Assembly (NCBI GenBank): GCA_020137815.1
Contig: WFME01000033.1
Coordinates: 1-11,492 of the forward strand
Source: Hormiphora californensis
Taxonomy: Eukaryota > Animalia > Ctenophora
Direction of reading: 5' to 3'
Length of the DNA stretch: 11,492 nucleotides
The notes under the pieces: generated by a model
Told to the model about the DNA's origin: nothing
The model's database searches: none
Seen by the model: the letters and a program-made list of their open reading frames with translations, nothing else
Part shown: piece after piece, positions 7,886 to 11,492 of the stretch
Position numbering within the stretch: position 1 is the first letter of the stretch
Layout: every line of letters starts with the position of its first letter
Made by a program: the position numbers and the translations under genes

Positions 7886-9711
7886 TCAGGATGACCGTAA
7901 CGAAGACCAAAAGTCAAAGTCAAAGTTCAGGTCTCTCCCAATCATTGGGGATGCCTTGCGGTGCTTATCTCGCTTGAGTCCTAAGACACTCCCATACCGA
8001 AGTACTAAACTTGCAGTCTGGGTATGGGGGACCAGCCCTACGTGCAAGGGAGTGTGACTTTTCCAGCAGTTGCGTGTACCAATTTATATGACTTCGTAAC
8101 TAGACGGTTGCATCGGGTCCCGAAACCCGGGAACCTTCTGCTGAGAAGGAGTGTGTTACCAATACACCACCCAACCGGACGAAAACCGTAACTCGGAGCT
8201 GAAATTTGAAGTGGGTTCAAGATGTCAAGGACCAACACAACATCGTACCAAGCGGCAAGTCCCACGCCCTGCCGCGCCCTCCCGTTCCCGTATTCGGCCT
8301 TAACGACGGGAAGGTGGTCTAAGACGCAAAGAAACTTAAGACACCTGTTATACAAGGTACACCACTAGGAACCCTACCGACTCCCAAAGTTTCATGGGGA
8401 TAAAAAAAACAAAAGTGGTGCCGAGGGCCCCTTTCTCCTAGCCTGTAAAAAACTGTCCCCGGCCTCTATGTTTACGCAAAATTGTCGTCTACTCGTACGT
8501 GTTGCGTCTCACGTCACGTAATAGCGCCCTTTGGCTAAAACACACCCACGGACCCATTCTGTATGCACAAAAAACACGTAAACCACTCGATTTGCATCTT
8601 GAAATTCGGTGGAAATTTGAACGTGTGCTCTAGGTGTCAATGCCACACAACGAAACTACTACAGGCGGCCTGTCGTACACCTATCACACCACGGGAAGGT
8701 GGCTAAAACAAGGTTGAAATTGCCGATTCAGACAACAAGTATAGTAGCGCCGGATCACAATTTTCAAAAAAATTTCAACAAATTCCCAAAAATTTTTTCC
8801 GCCAACTTTCGTTTTTTTTTACTGGAGTAAAATGCTTGTTGGAGGGGAATTTTGGGGGGAAAAGTGATGGCCTTGGGGAAGGAGAGATTGGGCCCCGGCG
8901 TTGCCCCAGCGCTATTGGATTTTATCGTTCCTCCAACGGGAGTGTATTTGTCAATATGATGATGAGGGATTACCCGAGACACGGAGCTGTCCCTCTCAAA
9001 GTCAATCAACTCCGCGCACCCATCGAACTCAATAGTGCCTGGTAGGATGAAGGGGAATGTAATATCAAGAACATATACCGCAAAATCCGTACCACCACCC
9101 CTTTCACACCAAAAAAATCCCTCCAAGTTGGATCATAGCAATACGTCTAAAAGTTGTTTGGTTGTCAAGGGAACGGGGCATGAATATGGTGACTAATGTC
9201 GTTCAGCTCCACTCGCTAGCACGGTCAATAGTCGTAACATATAACGACAGTATGATCTCTTGCCTTGTTTGAACAAAAACAAAATTATTCTCCACAGATA
9301 TCAAAACAACACCCGAAGACCCATTATCAACAAAACGTGACAGCTCCTCCCGGTCGTCCCGGTGTTTTAGCATTGTTGTATCTTCTTATCCTTTTAATAA
9401 TATATCAATATGTTATAGGGGAGTTTTGTTATTTTACCGCTGATTCAAACGATTTCAAATAAAAGCAAACAGAGTAATTTAAGTGGTATTTAGAAACGGG
9501 TCCCTCAGACAACTTCTCTTGTTTGTTCTGTGTTGCTGCTGTGTATATATCTAGTTTGCCTCAAGAAAACCCGATGCTTCTCATAAACCTTTCGCTAATC
9601 TATGAGCCCTTGATTACAGTTCTAGGAGTATCTTTTGGGCGGCAGCTTTGTATTTTACACGTATTGGTGGTATTGCAAACATTCTTTGGCCGGATGGTCA
9701 AGGTGTGCCAG

Positions 9712-10450
9712 CGGGGGGGGGGGGGGGGGGGGGCTCAACAATAAACGTATGCCACTCATGACTCTAACTGTATAAAATTCCCAAATTATCTTAGGTACTA
9801 CCCTTAAGATGCTGTGTACCCCAAATTCAATCAAATTGTGATCCAAAATTCCAAATGGTAGTGTGTAAATACAATATTTGTGTACAGTATTTTAGGTCAC
9901 GTGAAACAAGAGTTGCCCATACATGGTCATAGAATGGGTCACATGATCATCAGTGATTGCATGAAAACACTGAACAAACCAATCAGAGTATCCCGTGCCT
10001 GCATATGCAATCAGAAGCGATCGAGGCCAGAACGGGTGCCTCACTTGGTCCAGCAACCCAATAAGGCGACGGCGAACAAACAGTTATCAATGTGAACCAC
10101 ATATTAAACCATATATAATGGTCATATCATGGGTAATGATCATCACATGATGCAGTCAACAGCCAATCAGAGGCCGAACGGTACCGTACTTGGTTTGAAT
10201 TCCAGTGACCAGTATAATAACACTAGTAACCAAACAAGAATTATTGCTTAAATGTAGTCATAAGGAGGTGTTTCCCTGCCACAGCCCACAAATGGGTGTT
10301 GCCCTTTTATGTTGTTAAAATGAGACTAAGCTTCAAAATGGATTTCCGGGGAAATATTTTGCACCAACTGGCGACCCCTACGGGGTACCACCCCGCTAAG
10401 AGTCATTGAGGTCATCAGTTAGGTGTTGAGCCCCCCCCCCCCCCCCCCCG
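9712..10450. repeat. ~740 bp segment bounded by inverted C-G21-CTCAACA / TGTTGAG-C19-G motifs
   Basis: 9712-9740 and 10424-10450 are reverse complements apart from run length. No clear TSD was seen. A related G-run-CTCAA motif is at 11142-11157. Confidence 0.55.
9919..10195. repeat. Degenerate direct duplication carrying CACATG/CACGTG and CCAATCAG motifs
   Basis: atggtcatagaatgggtcacatgatcatcagtgattgca...ccaatcagag...gaggccagaacgggtgcctcacttggt vs atggtcatatcatgggtaatgatcatcacatgatgca...ccaatcagaggccgaacggtaccgtacttggt. Confidence 0.65.
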
Positions 10451-10662
10451 GTGACAGGGCAAATGGCATAGGATGGTTGCACGTCTCAATCTTACTTTTT
10501 CTGCAGCCGCAACTGATTTTGCACGAATTGTTGCAGCAAACAAATTCCAAGGCTGGTGGAGGGAAAAAGAAACGGCACTTGCTGAGACAACTGCTTCCCT
10601 CCCTTGGAAGGTCGTGGGGTTCTTTGATTGTCGTAGATCTGTATATAGGCTATGTAGTAGGC

Positions 10663-11144
10663 CTCCAATTACACTGCAGGGCTCCATGAGATATCAGTCT
10701 ACATTTAAAGGGGGTAGTCCGGTGTATCAGTTTTTATTACAATATAATATTATTTTTATAGGGCTTTGTTTGCTGTGTGAAACCACACGCAACCTGTGTT
10801 CGGGAAAGTCAGGTTTGTGCCTTTTGCGAGTGGGTAGACGATTGGGCAGTGATGGTGAAGGTTATGCTCCTTTAGGCAAGTCTTTACGAGAGTGTTGGCT
10901 GGTAGGGGAATGAGGTGGAGGGTCCTCGCTTAGTTCAACCCAATCCGTTTGCCAATGTTGCTGTAGCTCCATCTCAGGCCGTGGTGGAGAGGGTGCAGAA
11001 TCGATTTGTCTGTCGGTTGAGTTTAGGTGTCAGTATTCTCCCAATTACCACTGCAGGGCTCATGGGACATTCAGTTAATTTAAGGGGTAGTCCTGGTGTA
11101 ATCAGTTTTATCACCGTTATATAATTATTATATATTTTATAGGG
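10663..11144. repeat. Two ~100 bp dispersed direct repeats (10663-10763 and ~11039-11144)
   Basis: ccaattac(c)actgcagggctc(c)atg...atttaa(a)ggggtagtcc(t)ggtgta(a)tcagtttt...tataat..att..ttttataggg occurs twice, about 377 bp apart. Confidence 0.85.
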
Positions 11145-11492
11145 GGGGGGGGCTCAATTGTTATTTTACCGCTCCCTCTCAAGGAGGGACCAACAACCTC
11201 CTCCCAACCACCAACCTTCTCCCACGCGGACCTCCGCATACCTAAGGGGGTCCGGAACCACCTACATCTTATATCGGTAGATAAATACCAATCCTAGATC
11301 CGGAACTAGTAGATGATCTCCAGTCCTCACTGCCTGGTATATTCCCTTCTCCACGGTAGTCTCAAGTCTCAAGTCGCTTCAGGTCATCAAGGTAGGGACA
11401 AGGAAGTTCAAAACCTTCATCGCTATGTTCGAGACTCTGATGTCCTACATGTTTGTTCTGGACCGGACTAACTATCGGATAGGCGCATCTGT

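Noticed and set aside
4020-11124. All ORFs in the supplied track as real genes
   Set aside because: They are 60-146 aa, many start at non-ATG codons, overlap repeats or homopolymer runs (poly-Pro/Gly), and show no recognisable domain.

Overview
No intact protein-coding gene, rRNA, tRNA or CRISPR array is supportable. The window looks like repeat-dense eukaryotic (probably metazoan) non-genic DNA with long-read-type indel noise. The main feature (1016-4080) is three copies of a ~725-860 bp non-coding foldback element. It has GGTAAG...CTTACC ends, arms built from TCATGA units spaced 10-11 bp apart, and a head-to-head TTAGGG/CCCTAA-like core. Copies 1 and 3 each have their own 8-bp target-site duplication (AGATAAAG; CCGGATTT). 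With the GGNRM-type termini this fits a non-autonomous Merlin (IS1016-related) DNA transposon. Copy 2 has copy 3's left flank and copy 1's right flank, so it is a recombinant (or mis-assembled) chimera accompanied by a duplication of the ~380 bp between the insertions. That intervening DNA is itself a nested inverted-repeat sequence. Elsewhere there is a frameshifted ORF remnant at the left edge (possible LINE ORF1), a second foldback element (6223-6682), an IR-bounded ~145 bp dimer, a segment bounded by G-run/C-run inverted repeats, several degenerate duplications and a possible decayed hammerhead motif.
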